Assembly: GCA_905178155.1 (NCBI GenBank)
Contig: CAJINV010000003.1
Coordinates: 5,733,985 to 5,797,984, forward strand
From: Amoebophrya sp. A120
Taxonomy: Eukaryota; Protista; Dinoflagellata
DNA: 64,000 nt
Direction of reading: 5' to 3'
Below the pieces are notes generated by a model. It was not told where the DNA came from. It saw only the letters and a program-made list of their open reading frames with translations, and did no database searches. Within the stretch, counting starts at the first letter, position 1; each line of letters opens with the position of its first letter. The translations under genes and the position numbers were made by a program. Of the stretch, positions 1 through 12,437 are shown piece by piece.

Positions 1-33
1 CCGCCTGAATACAACAATCAAACATTGTCGCAG

Positions 34-227
34 GTCTTTGGGGCATCAGCGGGTTTATCGGCAGTTACATCGGGCCGATGGCCGGCGGTAGCCTGTTGGA
101 AGTGTTCGGTGCCACGGCGAAGAAAGACCACTATTCCTACATGGGGTACTTTGCACTTCTTTCCGTCGGGGGACTCATGGCTCTCTTTTCCGCATGGGTA
201 ACGTCTTTCATCAAAAAAGCCAGGTAG
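34..227 (+). CDS. Terminal exon of a probable MFS transporter (gene starts upstream of the window)
   Basis: After a cag acceptor (31-33) the frame reads GLWGISGFIGSYIGPMAGGSLLEVFG...YMGYFALLSVGGLMALFSAWVTSFIKKAR*. This gives two hydrophobic helices with the GPxxGG pattern typical of MFS TM11-12. Not in the ORF track because it is short and lacks a start. Confidence 0.6.
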
Positions 228-1135
228 CATTTGGTCGGGGTCCAAGACATGACAACTGCAGATGCACGCACTCTACTCGCACGCGCGCACAACGGGGTAG
301 TAGGTGTTTCGGTATTTATGGAGTCGATAAGCGGCGACTCAGAACCTCCCTGCAGCGCGAGGTCGAGCAACAGTAGACTTGGCAGTGCGCCGAAGGCTGC
401 ACGAGGTCGGGCTTCGGACTCTAAAAGTGGCGCCTTCCGGCTGCAATCAGTATCCATGAGAAACTGTCGCGGAAAGCAGAAATTGAAATGTACCAAACCG
501 TCTTGAGCAGCACACCAACGAGATGTTGACCGAACGAACACCAGTGCCGAATAAATGCATCAGCAACGCGGGGTCAGGGCGACAGCAATAAAAAATGGCT
601 CAAATGTACGAAGGACGAAGCAGACCCCGCACGACAGTCCCTGGGTGGTGACGGTAAAAGATCGGCACAACCATTATGTTGAGCAGCTTTTGAAAATTTT
701 CCACCCTTAGCGTCGCGGACTGTCGTAGAGAAAGCACCGAATGCCCCCTGTAGCGGTTGGGGAAGCCTCGTATTTGCAAATGTACATGTGTAGGAAAACG
801 AAAACGCGCAGAGAAAAAAGAAATCGACTGAGTCATCAACAGTTCTTGCATGTAAGACTTTTCAATCCGCCCTCCGACAGGGCGCTGTGACCACTGATCA
901 TCTCAACGCCTGTTCTTCTTTCTCGTGTACTTACCTCAATTGATGTGGGTTCCGCTTTGTTTCTTTTGATTCCAGAAAGAATCTTTATCGCCGCACATAA
1001 TCTGCTTGCGGCTTGCGGACAATACGCGTTGGCACTTTCTGGATCTAATCAAGGGCAACGAGGCCCTTTTGGTCAAGAACGAAAATTGATGATCTTTCCC
1101 TACTTTGGTTCGTGTTTATCGCGTTTGCGACCGTA

Positions 1136-3583
1136 ATGTTTCCTCCGCGAGGACAGCTCGTCGATTGCGTTTTCCGAGGACTCTTCTTGCTCTCACTCGG
1201 AACAAGTGAAGTCTTTGTCGCAGCGTCCGACGGGGAAACGGAAGCACCGCACCATGAGACCCAAGCACACGGAGACCCCAGCACGGAGGAGGCTTCATCT
1301 CCTGCTGTTCCCGCACAGTATCTGGCCTGCGACAATCAAATTATCAAGGCGGGCGAAGTCGACTTCTGGGGCGAGTTTGTCGGCCCCGTCCGGCGATTCC
1401 ACCTGGACTCCGGTGTGGCGCTCAACGAGTCCCGGCAATATCACGGCTTCACGCAGAAGATCCTGGCCCTGGAAGGGCGGACCGAGCAGGTGGCGGAGGA
1501 ATGCCTGTCGGGCACCCTCGTCCTCTTTCTCCAATCCCTCGCGGCCGCCGAGCACGACTTCGGGTTGCCGCACGCGCGCGACCTGCTCCGCCTGGCACAG
1601 GATCTGTTCGCGCAAGTCGCGGGCTCCGCTTGGTTTGGTCGGGAGCTGTTTGGGTCCGGGGCGGACCACGAAACGCCGCAAAAAGGAACACGGGACTACT
1701 GGGACACGGCCGCGATCGCCCGCAGCCTGCGGCTCTTCGAGCGGGTTCTGCTCCCGGAAAGGACGCCACAGCCTGTCCTAGTCCCCGCGCCAGCAGCGGC
1801 GCTAGAGAGACGCGGTCGGCCGCTCCGCGTCTATGTCTACGAGCTACCGACGGACCCGGGAGGTGCGACGCCGAAGGAGCTGCTGCAGCAGGGACGCTAC
1901 CTTGAGGCGGTCGGACACGGGCTCAGCAACTGCCAGTTCGGCATGTACGGCACCGAGGTCGCCTTCCACCGCTACCTCCAGCAGGCGGTCGTGCGCGTGG
2001 CGCGGCCCGAAGACGCGAATTTGTTCTTCATTCCGTCCTATTTCAAGTGTATCGAGCTGCTCAACTGGGTCGACGGATTCCATCAACCGTCTGATGGCAG
2101 CGAGACGACACCTGCAAGCGACCATCCCGACGGCGCGGCGGCGCCCGCGAAAGCCCCCGCCGACCGTCCCGAAAGCCTGGTCTTGCTGCAACAAACGATG
2201 GACTTCGTCAAGCGCAGCGGGCCGTGGTTCGCGCGCAACAACGGGGCGGACCACGTGGTGCTCTTTTCGTGGGGCCGCCACCCCTGCGCCATTGCACCGG
2301 ACTGGCAAACCATTGTGGGAAAGAACGTCATCCAGCTTCAGGTGGAAGACCACTGCGAGGATCTGAACGAAAAAGGCACAGCGCCAGTTTCGACCTTTCA
2401 GGCGCACAAGGACGTGATCATCCCCGGCTACACAGACCCGTGGCGCGCCAAGGAACTCAAGCGCCAAAACCGTCGACTCGACCAACGGCGCTACCTGCTC
2501 ACCTTCCACGGCCGGTCCCCACAAAACGCCGCTTCCTACGAAAATGTGACCATACGCGGAGAAATCGTCAGCCAGTACGAAAATCTGCCGCCCGACGTGA
2601 AACCCTGGGTAGTACGTTTGAATCTACTTCACTGTTTATTGGCTTCTTGCCGTGACCGCAACATCGGTTCATATTCCTTTTCTTGATCGTACCACAGAGG
2701 CAGTTTGTCGGCCGTTTATTACAGTTGGCACTGAACCACGACTCGGCTACCATCTGGTCCCGCGGGGAAATATTCATTATCTTTTCAGGTAGCCATCGGA
2801 GGTTTCGTGGAGGACTACCACGAGCTACTGGGGCAGAGTATGTTTTGTTTGGCGCCCCGCGGTATCACACCGTGGACGATTCACCTCTACATTGCGTTCC
2901 TCGTCGGGTGCATTCCCGTCATCCTTAGTGATCATTTCCGCCTGCCGTTTTCGTCCTTCCTCGATTACGCGTCCGCCGCGGTTCGGTGGCCCGAGCAGGA
3001 TTTCTCGCTCGCAGCCCTGCTCGACCACTTGCGGAACCTTCTGGAGTCGGGGGCGGCGACGGAGTTGAAAAAGCAAGTGGACCGGCTGAGCTGTTGGTTC
3101 GACTACGATTTGTGGGACGCCGCCGACTGCTCCCCGTACCGGGGCGCCATGCGTCAGTTGCAGGACCGAGTGGACAGCTTGCCGAGAAACTTGGCGCCGT
3201 TTTCTGCAGCAGGACCACAGCACGTGAAAGGACAACTTCGAGGCAGCAGGAGCTCCTATTTGGTCGGCTTTCTTCTCTTCCATCCGCGCTTACGGAAGAC
3301 GTTCGCCACGTTACGGCCGCTAGCGGATTTCTTGGAGGTCACCGGGAAGATGGAGGACGTCATAATAGTAGCCAACGACTACCATCTCGAGGAACTGGTT
3401 ACGTTTTTCACTGAAGAAAAAGTCTCGGCGCGAATCGCGGTGCTGGTCCAGTTCTTCCCACTTGGGGTGGCCGACGGCTACCGTGCCCGGCTAGCGGACC
3501 GAGGGACGGTAGAAGCCGGGGTCCCGCAAATCGTTGGCGTCATAACGGATCTGGGTGCATTTGAAGAGCCCAGCGGGGTGTAA
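1136..3583 (+). CDS. Exostosin-family (GT47) glycosyltransferase, 2 exons (1136-2608, 2789-3583)
   Basis: Motifs LRVYVYELP, MYGTEVAFHRYL, PEDANLFFIPSY, NNGADHVVLF, KDVIIPG, FCLAPRG, GCIPVILSD. A GT-AG intron at 2609-2788 joins KPW|VAIGGFVEDY in frame. Confidence 0.88.
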
Positions 3584-4568
3584 GTACCAACAGAGTGTAG
3601 TTATATCGACGACGTCCTTAGTGCATTGTATGCTTTAGTATTTGCATGAAGGACAACGAAAATTGTTTAGAATGGTAGGATGATAATTGTTCGTCGCTTT
3701 TCAACACATCTAACGACCACACGGAAGTAACAGCAAGAGAACAGCGCGCGCGTTTTTACCGTCGATGAGGTTTCCACCACATTGAGATTACTCGGTTTCG
3801 GCTAATAAACGTTCCCCCTCTGCTCTCGTTCCTCTCGTCTCGTATTGATCGACGCAAGTCAGTTTGTTGTCGTGAGCGCACCTGATCGTACGTGCTAAAG
3901 TTAGTATCGGTACAGCGAGCGTTCTACTCCACTCGTCTACGCTTATTGACCTTGCTTGACGTTTGTTTCTGCGTCCTGGAAGCACGGCGCTCGTGAAGCG
4001 ATTTTGATAAAGATCGGTGCACTTCTAGTGTTCTTCGAGAAAAAAAGGGAGAACAGATCGACTCCTGACTTAGCTGTACTACTTGCATCAACGGACCCAC
4101 GATGATCGCATCAAATGTAGCACGAGAAGATGTTGTTCGAGGAAACGGGCTCCATTTTTTTCACTTATTTGCTTTTCAAAATTTTCTGCACCAGGACCTC
4201 TTGATGCTTGCCGCCCCAGACACATAGCACCCATTCGAAAGCACTTTTTGGTAAGATCGGACTTGTCACCCTTTACTCCCTGCAGTAAACAAGAACACAA
4301 TGCAAATTTTGTTTACTCTTTAGTGCACATGTATAGCCACACACGAATATTATAGAAGGTAGTCCTATTCTGTGAATGACATCAAGATAGGCCAATCTCA
4401 AAGCATTCACGGTCAGCTGCTACCGGTGACAGGGACAAGATAGAAGCTTTCTCCTCCTTTCGAACCACGTGAAGTAGCTGGCTCACTCTTTAACAGACTT
4501 AGAACGGACTCGACACATTCCGACGCTAGGCCGGGCGATTTTGGGCGACCGGAAATAAAGACCGCAGG

Positions 4569-5617
4569 ATGCGGTTGGTAAGTCTCAAAATATGGAAGTA
4601 CCAGGAGGGCCAGTCCCTGCAGCTCTGCGATTTTGAAAATCTGCAGTTCATTCAGTTCTTCCAGCGAAGCACGGCACGGGAGCAACTTCAGTTCCATTCC
4701 AGAACAATTGTGGACCACACCGAGCCAGGAAAAAGACAGACAGTAAAGCTGGAAGGCAACGTCGGTACTTTTACACTTTGCCCTTATTCTGATGTCTTCT
4801 ATATCTTTAAAGCTGCCGGCTTTCGGCCGAAGCGAAAACGCAGTCTAGTGGAACATGTGCGACCCCGGCCGGCTGCCGCTATTGCTTATGCTCGTTTTTG
4901 CTTCGCCTGATCCGCTCTTCGATCGGGCATGACCATCTTCAAATCTGTGTTGCGAATGATGTACTTAGTAGTACTTTTTGCCCAATCAGAAATGACGAAC
5001 AAAACTCCATAGGCTATTGCCACACGTGGATTCACCCGAGTGGGGTCGCCTGCACTGCGGTAACGGACAATGAATACCCCCTGCGCGTCGCGTACACACT
5101 GATCTCCGACGCCATTACCGCCTTTCTGAAGCAGTACCCGAACAATGAGGCTTCGCGCCAGACGGCAGACACCAGCATGCCCTTCCAGGAGGGGCAAGCA
5201 CTCTTCGACAAATTTCAAAATCCAGACGAGGCGGATAAAATAACCAAGATCGAAAAGGAGCTGGACGAGGTATCTTAATAGCAGGGATAAGTATTCATCA
5301 GTTTGATCTTCGCTGTTCTACTTTTTCCGGCAAGAGGACATGACCTGAAGCCGCACGACATGGGTTTATATGTTTTTGTTGCTTTGAAGATTATGATTAG
5401 TGTCCGGCTGCGGTCGCGACGTATTTAAGGATCAATTTGATCGTGCATCTCACTCGTACAGGTAAAGGCGACCGTCATAAAAAGCATGGATGACATTCTG
5501 AAGCGGGGTGAGAATCTTGATAGCCTGATGCAGAAGAGCGGCGACCTTTCAGCGACATCTTACCAGTTCTACAAGACGGCACAAAAAAACAACCAATGCT
5601 GTAGCAGCTTTTCATGA
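4569..5617 (+). CDS. YKT6: R-SNARE Ykt6 (longin domain plus SNARE motif), 3 exons (4569-4764, 5013-5269, 5462-5617)
   Basis: Motifs FFQRSTAREQLQF, DNEYPLRVAYTL, QNPDEADKITKIEKELDEVK, RGENLDSLMQKSGDLS, FYKTAQKNNQCC. GT-AG introns at 4765-5012 and 5270-5461. Confidence 0.93.
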
Positions 5618-6136
5618 ACACGAGGATCAATCTTCCGATCCGCGAAAGGCCCCCACCCTCCGTCCGCCTCGCGGAGTTTTGTGACCCCCCCTCACCAGTA
5701 TGACATGCTAGTTGCGACTATCTGGAGCGAATCTGTCGACCTGCTAAAAACGACCCGACTTTTCCTTTTGGCATCGCCGCGGAAAGAATGAATGCAAAGC
5801 GACGGCAGTTCGCGTTCTGGCTTCACAATGCCCTCCAAACGGTCCCTTTCAGAAGCTCACAGCTGTGAGGACCTTTAGGTGTTGCGTCGTAGAGCCAGCG
5901 CGCTCGGCTGCACACGTGAAGATCCAGCGAATTTGTTATCTGAGACAAATGTGCCTTTCGCTATATAAGAAAGATGTTGATCAGTTCGCGATTCTTCTCG
6001 CAGGGTGTTCATGGTTTGAAAACTGCTATTTTGCGTTTTAGTTCAGGCTCGGGGTTTTCTTGTCTTGCTTTCGTATAGCAGAATCTGGGTTCCTTAGCTT
6101 TTTTCACAGTGCCACCTCTCGTTCCGCCAACAATAG

Positions 6137-8657
6137 ATGCAAAAAGAATTGGAGGCCGTTCTTCCGAACATCAGACTCGAGAACGCAATGTCGAGATCTG
6201 AGGATCATTCCGCCTCTTGTCCACATCCCATTCGGCGCGTTTATTTTGTGCGCTATGCGTTTTCCGAGTGGAAGGAGTGCCCTCTGGATCCGCTCGTTGT
6301 GGAGCTGCAGTGCTATAAAAAGATCTTTGAGGACAGCGCGTCGCTGCAACAAGTGGGTCTAAGTGAATCGGTAAGCAGGGCGTCAGAATATCATAATAAG
6401 TTCAAAGATGAGTTCGGTACTTGGAACGCGCTCGCCTCGTTTTACCGGACCGTCGAGCTTTGTCCCACTGCCTACCCGTCACAATTCGAGTTTGACGAGG
6501 GGACAGGACAATGCGCGGCGGTCGCGCTGCCCTACTGCAAGACCACTTGGACCACGTCAGAACAGAGACCGGAGCAAGCTACTCCTACCGCGAACGGTAG
6601 TTCCCGGCGCCACAGCGTGGCGGTCCTCTCGCGCGCAAATCTGTACACGCAGCTGCTCCCTTCCATCTCTGCTACGGAAATCAGCGTCTCGGCTGCAGAA
6701 GCGAGTTCTGCACCAGCGTCGGAAGATCGTCGCGCCCCTAGTATAGAAGTGCTGCGAAATGTAGAGGCCGAGCGGACGGAAAGCACGCGCCTGCGCGAGT
6801 CGCTGCTGCTGGAGCTGATTATCCTGATTAAAAGCGTACCCGCGACCTTGTAGTCTTAGTCAAGATCATGGGACCTCTGCTGCACAAATCCAGCAGTTTC
6901 TGGCGTCGCGCATGAAAAGTGGCAGTGCCGATTAGCCAAAATAGCCTCATCAAAGAGCCATCTGCAGGTTGTCCTGTATTTACAGCATTACGAATGCTAA
7001 AAAATTAACAGGAATAATCCCCCTGGGGGGCTACAGCATTTATTACCACACCACACAGCGTTCCTCCAGACGCAAGAACTCTGCATCACACACCCTGCGG
7101 TCGGTGCTTACGTTTTTCCTCAGGATGCTGATCCGCACGGATTTAGCTGCAGCGGTGACGTCGCTTTGCTGGGGCCACGATCGGTTGTTCCAGAAAGCCG
7201 TCGCGCCGGCCGTGAATCGCAGCCTCCCGCATTGGGTGCACGCCCGGTGGCACGCGTGGACGCGCAAGGTGGAGGTGCGCAGGAAAGTGGGCGCCGCCTT
7301 TGTTTCGTCAAGAACTTCTTCCTCTTTTGCCGCAGCGCCATCTTCTACTTCCAATGGGACTCGTCCTCAGGCGGGGGGCCAGCGGTACCTTAACCTTATG
7401 CTTGCACAGCGGGTCGCGGACCTTTTGCGCCACGTAGCGAAGCCGCACCTTTCGATCGTGCTGGACCTGGCGCTCTTCTCCGTCTTGCACGTGCTGTTTC
7501 AGTATCAAATGCAAAAATGTCTGGATCTGGAATGCTGACGGGTTTGTCATGCATATTTTGCATGACCCAGGATGTCTGTAATGCACGACCGAGCATCACA
7601 GATTTTTAGAGGGCTTCCTGATGCCTACTCCGCATGACAAATGCCCTCCCCGCGTAGCACAAACTAGACTCCTCTTGCTGGTCATGCAATGCAGAGTCCA
7701 AAGTTAGCATCACAAGTTCCAACCTTCCAGAGCCAGACATTTTTGCAATTCATATTCAGTGTCTGCGGAAAACCGGACTGTACCTCCCGTCGCCCGACAT
7801 GGAGGCTATCCTGTGCAAAAGTATCGTACTCGTATAAATGCTAATGCAAGTGTTGCATTACAAATCTTGTTCCCAGGGCAAATCTGCATTACAAATCTTG
7901 TTTCTCATGCTGAGGAAATTTGTAATGCATTTATACGAGTACGATACTTTTGCAATTCATAGAGGTTTCCGAGCAGCGATCGCATGGGTCCAAGCAGCGC
8001 GGCGGGAACAGACGAAGCCCTGCCACACTGCACTCCGCCTACGCGCAGCGGCAGGCGCGGCGGCAGCACAGGATGCAGCAGGAGGTAAAAAAGAATGAAA
8101 GTTGGCTCGTACTGCGGGACCAGGTGGTGGTGCCGTGGGCGAGTTTTTACGAAACAATGGCAAAGTCACTGTCCTGCGGGACCACGAGTTCTGGTGCAAC
8201 AAGGTCAAAAATATCGTCTACCACTGCGCCTGGATTTTCAGGCAGCGCGGGTGGCAGTAGTAAAATTGATACCTTCATCCCGGTGAGAAATGCTTGGTCC
8301 ACTTTCTTCAGCTGGAGACGCGGGCTGGCGTGGTGGTGGTCGTTGGAGCACACCGCCGAAGACAGTTGTGACTCGTCTTCTTCGGACGAGTGGTTGGCGG
8401 AAGAAAAAAACAGCCCACGAGACGGCGCTTGGAATCATTCAAACTCGCAGCAACTGTCTAGCACCAGCAAGCTCGATCTTCTGCCTGCGTGGGTCATTCC
8501 CCGCGCCACCGCACTGTGTCAATCGGGAAGCGTTTGGCTTTTTGCTATCACGGCCTTGAGTCTGCGTCTGGTGTCGCTCGGGAAAACACCCCTTGCAATA
8601 GATCAAATTTTTAGCATAGAGGAAAACGAATCGGAAGCGGAGGAGGATCCGGGATGA
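6137..8657 (+). CDS. Hypothetical protein interrupted by three TIR/TSD introns (exons ~6137-6819, 7133-7502, 7760-7804, 7965-8657)
   Basis: The ORF pieces join in frame when each element plus one 5-bp TSD is removed: LELI|RTDL, VLFQ|CLRK, PDME|VSEQ. No family recognised. Confidence 0.65.
6820..7127. mobile_element. Introner-like element, family B (308 bp)
   Basis: TSD CTGAT at 6815-19 and 7128-32. Imperfect TIR tatcctgattaaaagcgtacccgcgacc / ggtcggtgcttacgtttttcctcaggatg. Removing 313 nt restores the frame. Confidence 0.8.
7503..7754. mobile_element. Introner-like element, family A (252 bp, forward orientation)
   Basis: TSD TTCAG at 7498-7502 and 7755-59. TIR of ~30 bp: tatcaaatgcaaaaatgtctggatctggaa / ttccagagccagacatttttgcaattcata. 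Confidence 0.92.
7807..7961. mobile_element. Introner-like element, family C (155 bp), spliceable as a GC-AG intron at 7805-7964
   Basis: Perfect 28-bp inverted repeat tgcaaaagtatcgtactcgtataaatgc / gcatttatacgagtacgatacttttgca inside TAT..ATA ends. TSD GAGGC/GAGGT. Confidence 0.88.
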
Positions 8658-9228
8658 TGCCGGGATTGCTCACGTTGGAATTAGTGAGTGAACAAATGCG
8701 ACAGGATCGCGACCATTTATGAACTTCAACTTCACAGGAACAACTGATCTTTTTATGCCCGGCCGGTTAAGATTTTATGTAAACCGGCAAGGATGAAGCC
8801 GTGCGTTCATGTTCTGGAAATACGAGCAGCACAGCTCGCGGCACACACAGTGCATTTGTCTGACGGGGCAGAGACCGGGAAAATCGAACAATCCACTTCG
8901 TAAAGTCGGTGGGGATTGCGATTGAATTGGCGCGTCTGTGTCGTTCTTTCTTCGGTGAGCACAATTATACTCAAATCGTGTGGGACTGGGGTGGGGAAAT
9001 ACACTCGCACCGGACTCGTGCCTAGGCATCGCTGATGAATGTACCGTTCTTGCGTGCCAAGACACACACTTTGTCGTGAACCACTAAGGTAAAGGGCACG
9101 GCATCCGCAAAACTGACTATGCGCAGAAAGCGTATTACGGACACAAGTTGTAAGGAAATCGAAATCATCTGCAGCACGATCTGCGAAAGTGGCCGTTTGT
9201 TTATATTCGAAAGAGAACCACGAGCGCC

Positions 9229-10698
9229 ATGCCGAGCCTGAGCAGCAAGCGAAAAACTGAAACCAGTACTCCGCGCACGACGAATGCCGGCCGCACCCCT
9301 CGTGCGCAGGTCCGCACCCCACGCGCGAAGACACCCCGCACGGCACGGTCCGCCACGAGAACTCCCCGCCCACGGCCTGTCGAATTGAAAGAACACACCA
9401 CGTCTGCCTTCCCGCTTTCTAAAAAAGCAGGAGCGGGCGCAACACCGCGAGCCGTTCTCGTCTCCGGTAAAGCTGGTGACGTGGTTTCCGGAAGATTGCA
9501 GCAGCTTTGTTCATCTCGGCAAAAGTTGTTCGGTACTATCGTGGTGATGTTGCTTGCCGCACTTTCTGTGCTCGTCGTCTACCAGTTCTTGTTCCTGGCA
9601 GTGCAATCTACGCCGCTTTCTACGCTCGAAGCGCAGCTGCTTTCCGCACCAAAGACAGCGCGCAGTTGTGGTCCGACGCTAGTGACGGACGCGGAGCGCC
9701 TCCGACGACTGTTCACCGACCGATTTCTGCGACTGGAGCCCGTTTTGGGGACAGATCTTTTCCGCTCAGCCTGGCAGTGCGATGCGGAGCAGCATTCGAG
9801 GCACGGGCGCTTGCACGAGTTTGCCGACCTATACGAGACTGAGGAAGCGAGGGCGAGTAGCGATCGTGCATCCACTATCTGCAGCAACACGACTACTAGT
9901 GCGTTACCGCTCGTTGCCCACGCTTTGCGTCGCCGCATGCGGGTGTACAGCTCAGCGGAAGAAGTAGAAGAAACGTCTGGCCCCGTGGTCTTTGTGGTGG
10001 AGAATTTGCTGTCGCCCCGCGAGACGAGATTGTTACGAGAGTTGAGCACAAGCAAAACCGATGCGCCAGCTGGACCGCAGCGCGCAACCGCGCAGAGTTT
10101 TCAGGTTGGCAAAATGCCGGCGTGGTATCGGCGAGTGCTGCTCGTTGCTCAAGCACTTGCGGAACTGTACAAGAACGCAGGCGGAACGAATACTAGTGAA
10201 AGTAATCCAGCAACAAGGAGTTTTACGAAGAATAATGTCGTGGCTCTTGCCAACTCATCCTCGTCGTCGCCCGGAAGCGCATCAAGCCCGGTCTGTCACC
10301 GGAGGAGCATTTCGTGGTCTCTGAACACTGCAAGTTTCAAGAAGCGAACAGTTGACGCTGTTGCGAAGACGAGACGGGGCGAACAACGCATGAAGCCGAA
10401 GACATGGTCGGGGTTCAGTCCCGGCTTGCTGGCGGGCTATTTTGAAGAAAGAAGTGAGGAAGAGGAACTCGGCGATTGGGATGTCAGCTTTCAAATGATA
10501 CTTGCAAAATCGTGGCTTCCGCGCAAGCGCTTGATCCCGAATGGCGCGGTTACCTTTTTCCTCGGAAGAGTTGCTGGGCATAGTGGCAGTTTTTCCGAAA
10601 GGCACCAACGGGGCTTCCATTCACCCGGCGACTTCGTTCTCCGCGGCTACCTGCATCCTGCCCGGCCGGCGGAGGAACCGGGCTCTGAAGATCGATAA
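9229..10698 (+). CDS. Hypothetical type II membrane protein, possibly a degenerate prolyl-hydroxylase-like 2OG oxygenase
   Basis: 489-aa ORF with a basic RTPR-repeat N-terminus and one TM helix (LFGTIVVMLLAALSVLVVYQFLFLAV). VFVVENLLSPRET resembles the start of P4H domains, but no catalytic HxD..H was identified. Confidence 0.5.
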   Translation: MPSLSSKRKTETSTPRTTNAGRTPRAQVRTPRAKTPRTARSATRTPRPRPVELKEHTTSAFPLSKKAGAGATPRAVLVSGKAGDVVSGRLQQLCSSRQKLFGTIVVMLLAALSVLVVYQFLFLAVQSTPLSTLEAQLLSAPKTARSCGPTLVTDAERLRRLFTDRFLRLEPVLGTDLFRSAWQCDAEQHSRHGRLHEFADLYETEEARASSDRASTICSNTTTSALPLVAHALRRRMRVYSSAEEVEETSGPVVFVVENLLSPRETRLLRELSTSKTDAPAGPQRATAQSFQVGKMPAWYRRVLLVAQALAELYKNAGGTNTSESNPATRSFTKNNVVALANSSSSSPGSASSPVCHRRSISWSLNTASFKKRTVDAVAKTRRGEQRMKPKTWSGFSPGLLAGYFEERSEEEELGDWDVSFQMILAKSWLPRKRLIPNGAVTFFLGRVAGHSGSFSERHQRGFHSPGDFVLRGYLHPARPAEEPGSEDR

Positions 10699-11165
10699 TC
10701 AAGCGCTGCGGGGTCAAGTTTTACAGCAGTGAGAGAGAGATATCGATCAGCTTTTCCATCATCAATGGCACCTCCTATTGTTTCGAAGAAAATTTTGGTT
10801 CCAGATCCCGAAAGAAAGATCTCCAGATTCATGTACACCTCATTTTAGGAACACTGTTGCAAAAATTGAATCCGGTATCTACACCGGGGCTGCTCCCCTC
10901 CTAGCCATGTTGAAGGGGTCCATCGGCGACGTCGTGCGTTTTCAATTTCCTCTTTTGAACTAAACAGCGCAAACTGGCACGCAAAACTTGAGTGCGGTTT
11001 CCATAATTGTGAACTTCTTCGCTTCATCTCGCCTTGCCGAGGAGCGCGACGAGCGATAGAAATACTTACGTAAACAGTATACACAAGTAGTACTAAACCT
11101 TACTTCTTTCCGAGACCCGCCCATTGCGACCGCGTATAATTTAGTACTATCCACCCATTCTAACC

Positions 11166-12437
11166 ATGCCTCTCCCGCACGAGATTCACGTGTTTGCCAG
11201 CCACAAGGGCGGCACGGGGAAGACGCAGCTCTGCTTCCAGTGCGCCTGTCAGTACGCCAACGACCACCCGGAGGAGAAGGTTTTAGTGATGGACATGACG
11301 GAGCTCGGCGATTTGTCCAAGCGGTGCCTGGGCGGGTCGCGCCAAGACCCCGGGGTGCTGCAGCAGAACCTGGGCAAGATTTTCGATCTGGTGTCCTCCG
11401 CGGAGCAGCAGGCTGCGCTGGAAAAGAATCCGTCCGTGGCCGCGAACATGTGGAACTGGATCCGGGGCGGCAAGACCGAGGTGAACATCTTGGAGACGGC
11501 GATCCGATGCAACCAGTGGAACAGTGCGGTTCCGGACAACCTGTACCTGATTTCCTCCGGCGCCTGCACCGAGGACGAACACCACCGGTCAGTGGAGCAA
11601 ACTATCGAAATTGCCAACCATCTGCGCGGGGCGCTGGAGAAGGACGGGGCCAGCAATTGGAAGGTCTTTCTGGATACCGACGGGGACCGCCGGCCGTCGC
11701 CGTCAACGCGCTTGGCGTACGCGTTGGGGGACCTGTGCATCGTGCCGCTGCAGCCGGACGAGAGCGACTTTGCGCGGCTGGAGCCCATGTTCCAGACGAT
11801 GCTGCAGCGGTGGTCGGCCGGCGAGATGCGCTGCAAAATTCAGATGATCGTGTGGAACAAGCTGCAGCTTTTGAAGAAGGCCCCCGGCCCGCTGGGGAGC
11901 TTCGAGACTCCCAAGGTGACCACCGAAATGATCCAGTCGTTGAACAAAAAGTTGTTTCAGATCGCAAGGACGTCGCAGTGCTCCGAAATTTTCCAGCACG
12001 CAGACGCACCCACGGTGGAGGTCTTTCAAACGGCCTCGACCTGCCTAGTGCGGGACTTTCCGGATACCTGTGCTGTGCCCGCAAACGCGAATGGTATCAA
12101 GAATGTAGAAGGAGAATCTAGAAATTGCTTCCTCTTCTAGTACTCTTTTTGATTTTTCCACTACATCCCGAAATTTTCGCGATCGGTCTGGCGGTATAAG
12201 AAGCAAGTCAGTGTATTCCGTTCGTTTCCTCTTTGGCATAAATAATGATGCTGCCTTTGGAAAATTTTTGAAACATTATCAACATCAGGTGTGCCCTATT
12301 GCAATATGCAGCCGGGAAAAGTGACATTAACCAGTGGCGCTTCGTTCTCGATACAGCAGACTCAAATCGATAGCTGCGTCGAAAATATTAAGGAAGTAGT
12401 GGCGCGGCTGGACCGCATGGAAGTCGACGATCTGTAG
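11166..12437 (+). CDS. ParA/MinD-family (deviant Walker A) ATPase, 2 exons (11166-12093, 12289-12437)
   Basis: N-terminal HKGGTGKT, KVLVMDM (Walker A'), VFLDTDG (Walker B), DLCIVPLQPD, IVWNK. A GT-AG intron at 12094-12288 gives ANANG|VPYCNMQPG...DDL*. Confidence 0.85.

Noticed and set aside
591-604. tggctcaa as a relic dinoflagellate spliced leader (also ggctcaag near 40702)
   Set aside because: Only ~8 nt match the 22-nt leader and they are not placed at a clear gene 5' end, so chance is sufficient.
7396-7599. Recurring peptides PDPDIFAFD / FQTQTFL / KMSGSG in several short ORFs
   Set aside because: These are translations of the family A TIR, not a protein family.
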